Origin: Solirubrobacterales bacterium
GTDB lineage: Bacteria > Actinomycetota > Thermoleophilia > Solirubrobacterales > 70-9
Assembly (NCBI GenBank): GCA_046330315.1
Contig: JAXLSZ010000012.1
Span: 398-64,397 of the forward strand
Length of the DNA stretch: 64,000 bases
Reading direction: 5' to 3'
Position 1 is the first letter of the stretch; the number at the start of each line of letters is the position of its first letter. The notes under the pieces were generated by a model, which was not told the DNA's origin, searched no databases, and saw only the letters and a program-made list of their open reading frames with translations. Made by a program: the position numbers and the translations under genes. Positions 26,543 through 34,214 of this stretch are shown piece by piece.

Positions 26543-26615
26543 CACCGCTACCGGGATTCGAACCCGGGTTTCCGGACTGAGAATCCGGCGTCCTAGTCCC
26601 CTAGACGATAGCGGC
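26543..26615 (-). tRNA. tRNA-Glu (anticodon CUC).
   Basis: Reverse complement folds as GCCGCTA TC GTC TAGGGGACTAGGAC G CCGGA TTCTCAG TCCGG AAAC CCGGG TTCGAAT CCCGG TAGCGGT G. Its layout matches E. coli tRNA-Glu position for position. 1:72 is a G-U pair. CC, but not CCA, follows. Confidence 0.85.
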
Positions 26616-26730
26616 GCGGAGCGATGATCCTAGCAGCGGGTATATCCCCGATTCCGTCCGCGGGCGGCGCCAGAATACGAACGTGTGTTCGCTCCCCTTT
26701 GCCCGCAGACCCTGTAGATTTCTCCTCTCC

Positions 26731-26814
26731 GCGGCTGTGGCGGAACTGGAAGACGCGATACGTTCAGGGCGTATTGTCCGAAAGGACGTGGGGGTTCGAC
26801 TCCCTCCAGCCGCA
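26731..26814 (+). tRNA. tRNA-Leu (anticodon CAG).
   Basis: GCGGCTG TG GCGGAACTGGAAGACGC G ATACG TTCAGGG CGTAT TGTCCGAAAGGACGT GGGGG TTCGACT CCCTC CAGCCGC A. It has a perfect acceptor stem, a long variable arm and a TTCGA T-loop. Confidence 0.9.
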
Positions 26815-26830
26815 TACCCGGTGAGGCCAG

Positions 26831-26977
26831 ATGCACCGGTCCGACGACATCCTCCGGATCTTCTGCGAGGCCTGTGACCTGGTCGGCGTTCGCTGGACCG
26901 TGGCGCCGCGGACGGTCTACGTCTCGCGCAAGGACGACGTCGCCCTGCTCGACACCTTCATCGGGCCGAAGGCCTGA
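26831..26977 (+). pseudogene. Short ORF (48 aa) resembling the C-terminus of an actinobacterial LAGLIDADG-like / HTH 'transcriptional regulator' family. Probable gene remnant.
   Basis: Manual translation: MHRSDDILRIFCEACDLVGVRWTVAPRTVYVSRKDDVALLDTFIGPKA*. The pattern D.L.IF..ACD.LG..W.....I.VSR...VA.LD.F.GPK is recalled from ~300-aa proteins. Only the last ~48 codons are present. Confidence 0.35.
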
Positions 26978-27107
26978 GCGGGAGTGATGGCGGACGGGCC
27001 GCGCCGCCGGGGCAAGTTGCCAACCGCCCCTCCCCCCCGCCCGTAGAAGTCGCTACTGGACACGCCCGCGGCACCCTCGCTGCGGGCATCAAGAGGAGGA
27101 AGCTCAG

Positions 27108-27704
27108 ATGAACAAGCAGCTGCGACGGCTCGTGCCCGTGGCCGCGGCGCTCGCTATCTCCGCGGGCCTGGTCGCCTGCGGCGGGAGCGACGACGGCACC
27201 GACACCACGGCAACCCAGGCGGGCGGCAAGAACCTGATGCTGACCGGCAAGGACACGTCCCTGGTGCTCGACGCGGCCACGGCCAAGGTCCTCACCGACA
27301 ACAAGGTCAAGGTCTCCCCGATATCGCCGGCAAAGGCGAAGGGGAACGGCATCGCCTTCCCGATCACCGGCGGCGACGTCAACTCCGAGACGCTGGCGGG
27401 GGTCATCGACCACAGCGGAGGCCTCGACTTCTCCAGCGGCGGGACCCAGGTGAAGCTGACGGACTTCGTGATCGACACCACCAAGGGCGTGCTCACCGCG
27501 ACCGCGGGCGGCGCCCAGCTGCCGACCCTCGACCTCGACCTCTCGGGGCTGAAAGAGTCCGAGCAGGGCGGTGCCATCGTCGCCTCCAACATCAAGGCGA
27601 CGCTGACGGCGCAGGCCGCAAAGGCGCTCAACGACGCATTCGGCGTCAGCCTCTTCCAGAAGGGCCTGGCGATCGGGACGGCCACGGTGACGGCCACAGG
27701 CTGA
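27108..27704 (+). CDS. Lipoprotein of unknown function.
   Basis: ORF 27108..27704. AGGAGGAAG ribosome-binding site. Signal peptide with lipobox (AISAGLVAC/GGSDDG). Thr/Gly/Lys-rich, beta-type sequence. Confidence 0.75.
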   Translation: MNKQLRRLVPVAAALAISAGLVACGGSDDGTDTTATQAGGKNLMLTGKDTSLVLDAATAKVLTDNKVKVSPISPAKAKGNGIAFPITGGDVNSETLAGVIDHSGGLDFSSGGTQVKLTDFVIDTTKGVLTATAGGAQLPTLDLDLSGLKESEQGGAIVASNIKATLTAQAAKALNDAFGVSLFQKGLAIGTATVTATG

Positions 27705-27731
27705 GCAGCGCCGGGGAGAAGTGCAGAGCGC

Positions 27732-27759
27732 GCAGGCCGGGCATCCATGCCCGGCCTGC
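27732..27759. terminator. GC-rich hairpin downstream of the lipoprotein gene.
   Basis: gcaggccgggcat cc atgcccggcctgc has 13-nt perfectly complementary arms. Confidence 0.5.
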
Positions 27760-27779
27760 GCCACGTATTCACCAATGAG

Positions 27780-28427
27780 ATGAGCGCCGCAGCTATCACA
27801 GCATCCGTCGCCGGGCCGGCCATGCTCGAGCGAAAGCCCCTAGATTTCAGCCCTCTGCCGAGGGTCCGCGACAACCAGAGCACCGGGAGCGAGCGGCGGA
27901 TCGCCGCCGGCCTGCGCGAGCGCCGTCCCGAGGCCGTCGAGCGGGCCTACGAGGCCTACGGCGGTGCCGTCTTCGGATACCTGCTGAAGGCGGTCGGCGA
28001 CCGGGCCGCGGCGGAGGACGTCCAGCAGCAGGTCTTCCTCGAGGTCTGGCAGCGCGGCGAGGCATACGACCCCGACCGCGCCGGCCTGCTCACCTGGATC
28101 ATGACGATCGCCCGCAGTCGCGCCATCGACCACCTGCGAAAGCGGGTGCCCGAGCCCCATGACCCGACCTCCCCGCAGGTCCTCTCCGAGCCGGCCGGCG
28201 AGACCGCGGACTCTCCCGAGAGGATCGCCGAGCGCTGGCGGGTCGCCGGCCTGCTGCGCCGCATCCCGCCCGAGGAGGCCGAGCTGCTGCGCATGCGCTT
28301 CTACCGGGACCTCAGCCAGCGCGAGATCGCCGAGGCGACGGGAATGCCGCTCGGTACCGTGAAGATGAGGATGGTCAAGGCCTTCGAGCGGCTGCGGGAG
28401 ATGATCGAGAGCGAGGAGGAGCGGTGA
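27780..28427 (+). CDS. ECF-type RNA polymerase sigma factor.
   Basis: ORF 27747..28427. The ATG at 27747 lies inside the terminator hairpin, so 27780 (or 27822) is preferred. VFGYLLKAVGDRAAAEDVQQQVFLEVWQRGEAYDPDRAGLLTWIMTIARSRAIDHLR; region 4 is EEAELLRMRFYRDLSQREIAEATGMPLGTVKMRMVKAFERLR. Confidence 0.85.
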   Translation: MSAAAITASVAGPAMLERKPLDFSPLPRVRDNQSTGSERRIAAGLRERRPEAVERAYEAYGGAVFGYLLKAVGDRAAAEDVQQQVFLEVWQRGEAYDPDRAGLLTWIMTIARSRAIDHLRKRVPEPHDPTSPQVLSEPAGETADSPERIAERWRVAGLLRRIPPEEAELLRMRFYRDLSQREIAEATGMPLGTVKMRMVKAFERLREMIESEEER

Positions 28428-29212
28428 GCGGGCGTATCGACGTCTCCGACTACCTGCTCGGTGAGCTCTCGGCCGGGGAGCGCGCCGAGGCCGAGCGCCT
28501 GATGCGCGAGGACCCGTCCTTCCGCGCCGAGGTCGAGCGGCTGCGCCCGGTCGTCGAGCGGCTCTCGGAGATGCCCGCCGAGGGATGGGAGTCCCTCGAT
28601 CCCCCTCCGCTGCGGCTGACCGAGCGGGACCTCGCGCCCGCCCCCAGGGGCGGCCGGGCCCCCTCCACCGCCACGGCAGGCGATGCGGGCGTGGACCGCC
28701 CCGCCCCGCCGGCCGCGCGGCGCCGGCGCCTCGGCTTCCTGCGCGAGGGGTTCACCCTGCGCCCCGCCTTCGCGGGGCTCGCCGCGGCCGCCCTGCTCGC
28801 GGTCGGCGTCGGCGCCGGCCTGGCGCTCGACAGCGGCGGCGGGGGGGCGAGCGGCGGCCGCGAGGTCGCGCTCCAGCCGATCGGCACCGTGGACGCGGGG
28901 GCGACCGGGACGGCCACCTTCGCGGCGAGCACGACCTCCGGGCCCGAGGACGCCGGGGGCCCGCAGGCTGTGATCGAGCTGCGGGGCATGCGTCCCAGCC
29001 CGCCCGGCACCTATTACGAGATGTGGCTGATGAACTCCGCGAGCGACCTCGTCTCGCTCGGCTCCTTCCGGGTCCCGACCTCCGGGAAGGCGACGATCAC
29101 GGTGCCGCTGCCCGAGGACCCCGGCCGCTACCACTACTTCGACATCTCGGTCGAGCGCAACGACGGGGACCCCGGGCACTCCGGCGTCTCGGTGATGCGG
29201 GCGCCGGCCTGA
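28424..29212 (+). CDS. Anti-sigma factor (RskA-like: N-terminal anti-sigma domain, one transmembrane segment, extracytoplasmic domain).
   Basis: ORF 28424..29212. The GTG overlaps the sigma stop (GTGA). DYLLGELSAGERAEAERLMREDPSFRAEVERL; transmembrane segment FAGLAAAALLAVGVGAGLAL; C-terminus YYEMWLMNSASDLVSLGSFRV...FDISVERNDGDPGHSG. Confidence 0.8.
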   Translation: MSGRIDVSDYLLGELSAGERAEAERLMREDPSFRAEVERLRPVVERLSEMPAEGWESLDPPPLRLTERDLAPAPRGGRAPSTATAGDAGVDRPAPPAARRRRLGFLREGFTLRPAFAGLAAAALLAVGVGAGLALDSGGGGASGGREVALQPIGTVDAGATGTATFAASTTSGPEDAGGPQAVIELRGMRPSPPGTYYEMWLMNSASDLVSLGSFRVPTSGKATITVPLPEDPGRYHYFDISVERNDGDPGHSGVSVMRAPA

Positions 29213-29275
29213 CCCGGCAACCACCCGGCGCCGGGCGACACCCGCCGCACGAGGGCGGCCACCCGCCGGCAAGAA

Positions 29276-29301
29276 GAAGGACGGCCCGGGGGCCGCCCTT
29301 C
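29276..29301. terminator. GC-rich hairpin between convergent genes.
   Basis: gaaggacggcc cggg ggccgcccttc (one mismatch). Near-identical to the hairpin at 30301..30326. Confidence 0.55.
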
Positions 29302-29325
29302 CTCGCAACCGGCCTGCGGTCGTGG

Positions 29326-30144
29326 CTACCTGACCTGGCAGCTCTGCTGCGCGGTGGCGCTCAGCGAGCCCGAGTTGGGCGTCGGGTCGAGCGGGTCGCT
29401 CCTGTAGAAGAAGGTTCCCTTGTAGCTCCACTTCCGGTTCGCGTGGCTGCACTTGGCGGCCACGTAGTAGTGAGTCGTTCTGATCGTCTTCCTGACCGTC
29501 CGGCCGTTGCGACGGATCGTCTTGGTCTTCTTGGTCACCACCGGCTTGTGGTTGATGTTGACCTGGAAGACCGTCACCGCGGTCCCCGCCGGCAGCGGCG
29601 GGACCTTGACGTCGAGACGCCACCCGTACTTCCCGTTGGTCTTGTTCAGGGTCGCGGTGAGGATCTGGGTGCTGGCGATCGCGTCCACCCGCACGTGCAG
29701 AAGGATCACCGGCTTGCCGCCCTTGGGCTTCGAGTTGAAGGCCGTGATCTTGCCGATCGTGTCGGGGAGGGCGGGGTTGCCGCCGATCTTCACCTTGGCC
29801 TGGCCGGCCCCGATCTTGGCGTTGCCGCACTTCTGCAGCGCCACCGCCGTGGTCGTGCCCTCCAGGCTGGCGTTGCACTGCTTGACGCCCTGGGTGTCGA
29901 ACTTGATGTCCTTGTCGTAGAAGATCTGCGCCTTCACGACGGGGGTGATGGCGAACGCCCCGGTCGCGGTCGACCCGGTTGTGGTGACGTTCTTGAGCTG
30001 GACGTTGGCGTACTTGCTCTTCGGCACCTTGGAGGGCGACACGGTCACGCTCATCGTCTGCGTGTTGTCGGTCGCGGCCTGGGCGACGCCGGCGACTCCG
30101 AGGGCGGCAAGGAGGCAAAGCCCGCCGATCACTCGCTTTCTCAT
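29326..30144 (-). CDS. Secreted protein of unknown function (paralog 1).
   Basis: In ORF 29326..30330, from the ATG at 30144 (GAAAGGAAG ribosome-binding site). Signal peptide MRKRVIGGLCLLAALGVAGVAQA. High identity by eye to 30364..31137 (shared FDT.G.KQC.A.L.GTTT.VALQKCGNAK.G.GQAKVKIGGNPALPDT..KITAFN.KPKG.KPVILLH.RVDAIAST). Confidence 0.8.
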   Translation of the reverse strand: MRKRVIGGLCLLAALGVAGVAQAATDNTQTMSVTVSPSKVPKSKYANVQLKNVTTTGSTATGAFAITPVVKAQIFYDKDIKFDTQGVKQCNASLEGTTTAVALQKCGNAKIGAGQAKVKIGGNPALPDTIGKITAFNSKPKGGKPVILLHVRVDAIASTQILTATLNKTNGKYGWRLDVKVPPLPAGTAVTVFQVNINHKPVVTKKTKTIRRNGRTVRKTIRTTHYYVAAKCSHANRKWSYKGTFFYRSDPLDPTPNSGSLSATAQQSCQVR

Positions 30145-30300
30145 CTTCTGACTTCCTTTCTGGGGGCGCCCGGGGGGGCGCCTGTCTCTTTCGCGGTCAT
30201 CGCTGGCCGCCGCTCGCTGCTCTCCAGCCGGATCGTAACCACCCGGCTCCTTCCATAACGCTCCCGGAGCGGCGAAGTTGTGGTCCCGCCCCGGTATGCG

Positions 30301-30326
30301 GAAGGGCGGCCCGGGGGCCGCCCTTC
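30301..30326. terminator. GC-rich hairpin downstream of paralog 2.
   Basis: gaagggcggcc cggg ggccgcccttc has perfect 11-nt arms. Confidence 0.55.
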
Positions 30327-30363
30327 CCAAACCGCTGCCTGGTCTCCCAGGCCTGTGCAGCGC

Positions 30364-31137
30364 CTACGCCTTCTTCTGGCAGCCCTGCTGGTCGGTGACC
30401 GTCAGCGAGCCGGCTCTCGGCGTCGGGTCGAGGGGGTCGCTCTTGTAGACGAACGAGCCCTTGTAGTTCCACTTGCCGGCCGGGCAGCGTGCGGTCACGT
30501 AGGTGTGCTTGACCTTGCCCACCTTGACCGCCTTGTGCTGCACGGTCACGTCGAACACCGTGGTCGCGGTGCCGGCCGGGAGGGGCGGAACGACGACGTT
30601 CAGCTTCCAGCCGTACTTGCCGCTGACCTTGCTGAGCGTCCCGACCAGAACGGTGGTCGAGGCGATCGCATCGACGCGGGTGTGGAGCAGGATCACCGGC
30701 TTGTCGCCCTTCGGCTTCGCGTTGAAGGCGGTGATCTTGGCGACGGTGTCCGGAAGGGCCGGGTTGCCGCCGATCTTCACCTTGGCCTGTCCGACACCGA
30801 CCTTGGCGTTGCCGCACTTCTGCAGCGCCACCTGCGTGGTCGTGCCGTCGAGGTTGGCCTTGCACTGCTTGAGGCCCTTGGTGTCGAACTTGATGCCCTT
30901 GTCGTAGAAGATCGTCGCCGAGGTGACCGGCGTGATCGCAAAGGCGCCGGTGCCCGTGCTCCCCGTCGTGGTCACGCTGCGCAGCTTGGCGGCGCCGAAC
31001 TTCGTCTTCGACTGCTTGCTGGGCGTCACGGTGACGGCCATGTCCTGGGTGTTGAGCGTGTTGCCGCTGCCGTAGGCGACGGCGGAAACGCCCAGTGCCA
31101 GGGCCAGGCCCAGCGCCCAAACCAGATGCTTTCGCAT
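30364..31137 (-). CDS. Secreted protein of unknown function (paralog 2).
   Basis: In ORF 30364..31248, from the ATG at 31137 (AGGAGAG ribosome-binding site). Signal peptide MRKHLVWALGLALALGVSAVAYG. Paralogous to 29326..30144. Confidence 0.8.
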   Translation of the reverse strand: MRKHLVWALGLALALGVSAVAYGSGNTLNTQDMAVTVTPSKQSKTKFGAAKLRSVTTTGSTGTGAFAITPVTSATIFYDKGIKFDTKGLKQCKANLDGTTTQVALQKCGNAKVGVGQAKVKIGGNPALPDTVAKITAFNAKPKGDKPVILLHTRVDAIASTTVLVGTLSKVSGKYGWKLNVVVPPLPAGTATTVFDVTVQHKAVKVGKVKHTYVTARCPAGKWNYKGSFVYKSDPLDPTPRAGSLTVTDQQGCQKKA

Positions 31138-31323
31138 TCCTTCCGACTCTCCTTGGTCCCGGCGCCTGCCAGGGCGCCATGTTCCCCGCGGCACCCGCCG
31201 CGGCTTCTCTCCCGGACCTGAACCTATCAGGGCCCGGGTCCTGATCAAAGAACCGGGGAACCGCGCCTAAGTTGCGGTCTCCCCCCTGCGTTCAGGGAAG
31301 GATACCCGCCTGGCCCGGGGCGG

Positions 31324-32892
31324 TTACGGCCGCGAGAAGACGTGCTGGTACTTGGTCGCCGGCTGGCCGGGCTGGCCGAGCGGCGCGTAGGTCCCCTGCG
31401 CCGTGCACGGAGGGGCGGGCAGGGTGTTGGAGTTCGTCTGGTTGACGAACGCGTAGCTCTTGACCCGGTCGTAGAGGTTCTGGGCGTCGGCGGCGCTGAG
31501 CCCGGTGGCGGTGGCGAAGGTTGACTGCTCGGCCGGGGTGAGGGCCACCCAGTCGCGGAGGATCGCGTTGATCCCCGTCGAGCACTGGCGCGTCTCGAAG
31601 TTGCGCACGCCGCTCGGAAGGTCGAGCGAGCCCCCGGACTTCATGTAGGGATTGACCCGGTTGACGAGCAGCCGCTTCGGGTAGGCCGAGAGGGAGTCCG
31701 GTCCCAGCGGCACGCCGGTCCGCAGGTACTTGGTCAGGCGGTTGCCGTCCTCGGGGTCGAAGGCGGCGGCGTTGGTCGCCGCCGCGGCGTTGCCGAGAAA
31801 GGCCGCCAGCTCGCGCTTATAGAGAGCCACCGCCTGCAGCAGCGGGTCCAGCTCCTGGGAGAAGGAGTCCAGCCGGCCGAGCAGGGGCGGGAGGTCCTTG
31901 AGCAGGAACTTTCGAAGCGCCGGGAACTGCACCGGCGCGGCCCTGATCACGGGTTTGAGGCCGATGAAGAAGTCCCGCAGGATCGGCGCCAGCTGCCCGG
32001 TCTTGACGAGCACCGGGGAGAGGTTGCGCACGGCCGGCCGCAGCTGGGTGACCAGGGGGTTGGTGTTGGCCGCGAAGCGGTCGAGGCGCTCCAGGGTCAG
32101 CTTCGACTCGCTGAGGAAGGTCGGGAGGACGATGAACAGGCTGCGCAGGTCCTGGTCTCGCTGGGCGGTCGTCTGGAAGACGGCGTTGCTGTTGCGGATC
32201 AGGCTTGCGAGCTGGCCCCGGCGGGCGGTGAGGGCGCCGAAGACGACGCCCGAGTTGCGCACGAACTGGCTCACGGCGACCCGCTGCGTGTCGAGCACGC
32301 GCAGGACCTTGTTGGCGTCGGTGAGGGTCGGCTCGAACAGCCCGAAGGCCGCGTTGAGGCCCTCTCCGCGGCCCCGGAAGGCGACGGCCGCGTCCGCCAT
32401 CCAGCTCTGGAAGGCGGCCCGCGTCTTCGCGTTGAAGGTGCGGAAGATCTCGTCGAGCTCTACCGACGGAGCGACCTGGGCCGCGGCCAGCTCGCCCCCG
32501 TCGGCGAGCTTGGGGTCGTTGCGGTCCCCGGGGGTGAGCTCGACGTAGGTCTCGCCGAGCAGGGTCTTCTGGCGCAGGGTCGCCCTGGTGTTGGCGGGGA
32601 TCGGCGCGTAGGTGTCGTTGAGCTCGATCGTCACCACGGCCGAGCCGGCGTCCTGGCCGCTGCCCAGGTTGATCTTCGTGACCTTGCCGACCGAGACACC
32701 GGAGATCCGGACGTCGGACTGCTCGGCGAGCTGCCCGGCCTCCCTGAAGGGGACCTGGAAGGTGTAGCCCTTCGCCCGCAGCGGCGTCGGGCCGCCGAAG
32801 GAGACCCAGAGGAAGAGGAGCAGGCCGAAGCAGGACAGGGTGAAGCCCGCGATTACCGCTATCTGGGTGACTGAGGGGGCCTGTTTCTGCAT
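31324..32892 (-). CDS. MCE family protein (MlaD domain), sixth of six.
   Basis: ORF 31324..32892: N-terminal transmembrane segment, then FREAGQLAEQSDVRISGVSVGKVTKINL...ATLRQKTLLGETYVELTPG. Confidence 0.85.
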   Translation of the reverse strand: MQKQAPSVTQIAVIAGFTLSCFGLLLFLWVSFGGPTPLRAKGYTFQVPFREAGQLAEQSDVRISGVSVGKVTKINLGSGQDAGSAVVTIELNDTYAPIPANTRATLRQKTLLGETYVELTPGDRNDPKLADGGELAAAQVAPSVELDEIFRTFNAKTRAAFQSWMADAAVAFRGRGEGLNAAFGLFEPTLTDANKVLRVLDTQRVAVSQFVRNSGVVFGALTARRGQLASLIRNSNAVFQTTAQRDQDLRSLFIVLPTFLSESKLTLERLDRFAANTNPLVTQLRPAVRNLSPVLVKTGQLAPILRDFFIGLKPVIRAAPVQFPALRKFLLKDLPPLLGRLDSFSQELDPLLQAVALYKRELAAFLGNAAAATNAAAFDPEDGNRLTKYLRTGVPLGPDSLSAYPKRLLVNRVNPYMKSGGSLDLPSGVRNFETRQCSTGINAILRDWVALTPAEQSTFATATGLSAADAQNLYDRVKSYAFVNQTNSNTLPAPPCTAQGTYAPLGQPGQPATKYQHVFSRP

Positions 32893-32896
32893 CAGC

Positions 32897-34213
32897 TCAC
32901 GGGGGGCAGATCGACACCGAGGTGGGCAGCTGACTGGTCTGCAGGTTGGTCTTCAGCAGCGCGTTGGCGGCAGCGGTGAACTCGGCCTGGATCGCCGTGT
33001 TGCAGGTGAGGATCAGCAGGCCGCGACGCACCGGCCCCTCTGCGTCCTGGGTGAGGAAGATCGAGTTGAAGTTGTGGTTCAGCCAGGACGCCCAGAACAG
33101 GTAGCCCTCGTCCTGGCTGCCCGGCGGGTTGTAGGCGAGCATGTTGACCAGCTCGTCGAGGTCCCCGAAGGCACCGTTCAGCGACTTCGAGGTGTTCTTC
33201 AGCGGAGTCGTGGCCTGCACCAGGTGGCGCACGGTCGGCCTGATCTGGCGGGTGAAGGGCCGGATCTGGTTGGCGATCGGCCCCCTCGTCTCCTTGAAGA
33301 CCTCCTGGGTGCTTGCCAGCGCCGGCTTCAGCGCCTGCGCCTGGGGGATCAGCGCCAGCAGCGAGGGCCGCAGCACGCGGGAGAGCCGATCGGCCTTGCC
33401 CAGCCCGGTGTCGGTGGCCCGCAACGTGCCCGGCAGCTCCTGCAGCGATTGCTGAAGCGCGGCCTGCTGGTTGGCAAAGGCCCCGAGGGCCGCGTTCGAG
33501 GAGTCGACAAAGCGGGCCAGATCGGCGTCGTGGCGACCCAGATCCTCGGCGATCAGCCGGAAGTTGTGGATCGAGCGGGCGATGTTGCGGCGCCGAACCT
33601 CCAGCGCCGTGCCGATCTTCGCGAGGTCCCGGGTGAAGGGCTCGAAGCGGCGCAGGGCCGCCGAGAACCGCACCCCTTTCCCGCCCAGGCCCTTCCCGCC
33701 CCCCTCGAGCAGCAGGGCGAGGTACTCGCGGGTGTCGGCGTCGAGCGAGGAGAGCACCTCGTCGGGCTGCACGTTGGGCCGGGTCTGAGCGAGCGGGATG
33801 GTCGAGCCCTCCGGGGGCGTCGGCCCCCTGGTGCCGGGATCGACCTCGATGACCATGTCGTTGAGACCGGTCTTCGGCCTCAAAAGGAGGGTGGCGTCGG
33901 CGTGCAGGAGCTCCGCGTACTTGGGCTCCATCTGCATGCTCACGACCGCGACCCCGTCCTCGAGGTCGACCGAGCCCACCTGCCCGATCCGGATCCCGGC
34001 TATGTCTATGGACTGGCCCTGGCCGGGGGTGACCGCCTGGGCGGTCTGGAACTCCGCCTTGACCGTGTAGAAGTCCTGCCCGAGGATCGGCACCCAGGCG
34101 GGCATCGCCGCCTTCTGGTTGACGAGGATCACGACCAAGGTGAACAGCGCCGCGAGGATCAGGGCGACGATGCCCAGGAAGTCGCGCAGGTGTGTCCGGA
34201 TCGCCCTCTTCAT
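32897..34213 (-). CDS. MCE family protein, fifth of six.
   Basis: ORF 32897..34213: transmembrane segment, FQTAQAVTPGQGQSIDIAGIRIGQVGSVDLEDGVAVVSM...LLLRPKTGLNDMVIEVDPG. Confidence 0.85.
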   Translation of the reverse strand: MKRAIRTHLRDFLGIVALILAALFTLVVILVNQKAAMPAWVPILGQDFYTVKAEFQTAQAVTPGQGQSIDIAGIRIGQVGSVDLEDGVAVVSMQMEPKYAELLHADATLLLRPKTGLNDMVIEVDPGTRGPTPPEGSTIPLAQTRPNVQPDEVLSSLDADTREYLALLLEGGGKGLGGKGVRFSAALRRFEPFTRDLAKIGTALEVRRRNIARSIHNFRLIAEDLGRHDADLARFVDSSNAALGAFANQQAALQQSLQELPGTLRATDTGLGKADRLSRVLRPSLLALIPQAQALKPALASTQEVFKETRGPIANQIRPFTRQIRPTVRHLVQATTPLKNTSKSLNGAFGDLDELVNMLAYNPPGSQDEGYLFWASWLNHNFNSIFLTQDAEGPVRRGLLILTCNTAIQAEFTAAANALLKTNLQTSQLPTSVSICPP

Positions 34214-34214
34214 C

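Larger units (their letters stand above)
21657..26562. mobile_element. Degenerate tRNA-Glu-associated genomic island (~4.9 kb) bounded by 24-bp direct repeats. No integrase.
   Basis: gaggcaccgctaccgggattcgaa occurs at 21657..21680 and 26539..26562. The second copy is the 3' end of tRNA-Glu (T-loop to 4 nt past the discriminator). AT-rich DNA lies just inside both ends (21681..21765 and ~26440..26538). Cargo: DUF4143 ATPase, MmyB-like regulator, Zn-ADH, SDR. Confidence 0.55.

Noticed and set aside
26624-26877. ORFs 26624..26824, 26683..26877 and 26630..26836 called in the track.
   Set aside because: They run across tRNA-Leu (26731..26814) and the tRNA promoter region. The apparent coding potential is the tRNA sequence itself.
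27747-27779. The ATG at 27747 as the start of the ECF sigma factor (as in the ORF track).
   Set aside because: This ATG is the centre of the 13-nt-arm terminator-like hairpin (27732..27759) that follows the lipoprotein gene. The in-frame ATG at 27780 (or 27822) is more plausible.
30145-31323. A possible ECF-type promoter (AAC-N17-CGTT) in the leaders of the two secreted paralogs.
   Set aside because: Only the leader of paralog 1 (…ACAACTTcgccgctccgggagCGTTA…) fits. The paralog 2 leader shares GACCGCAACTT but lacks a CGTT at the right spacing. It is mentioned in the finding as a shared motif only.
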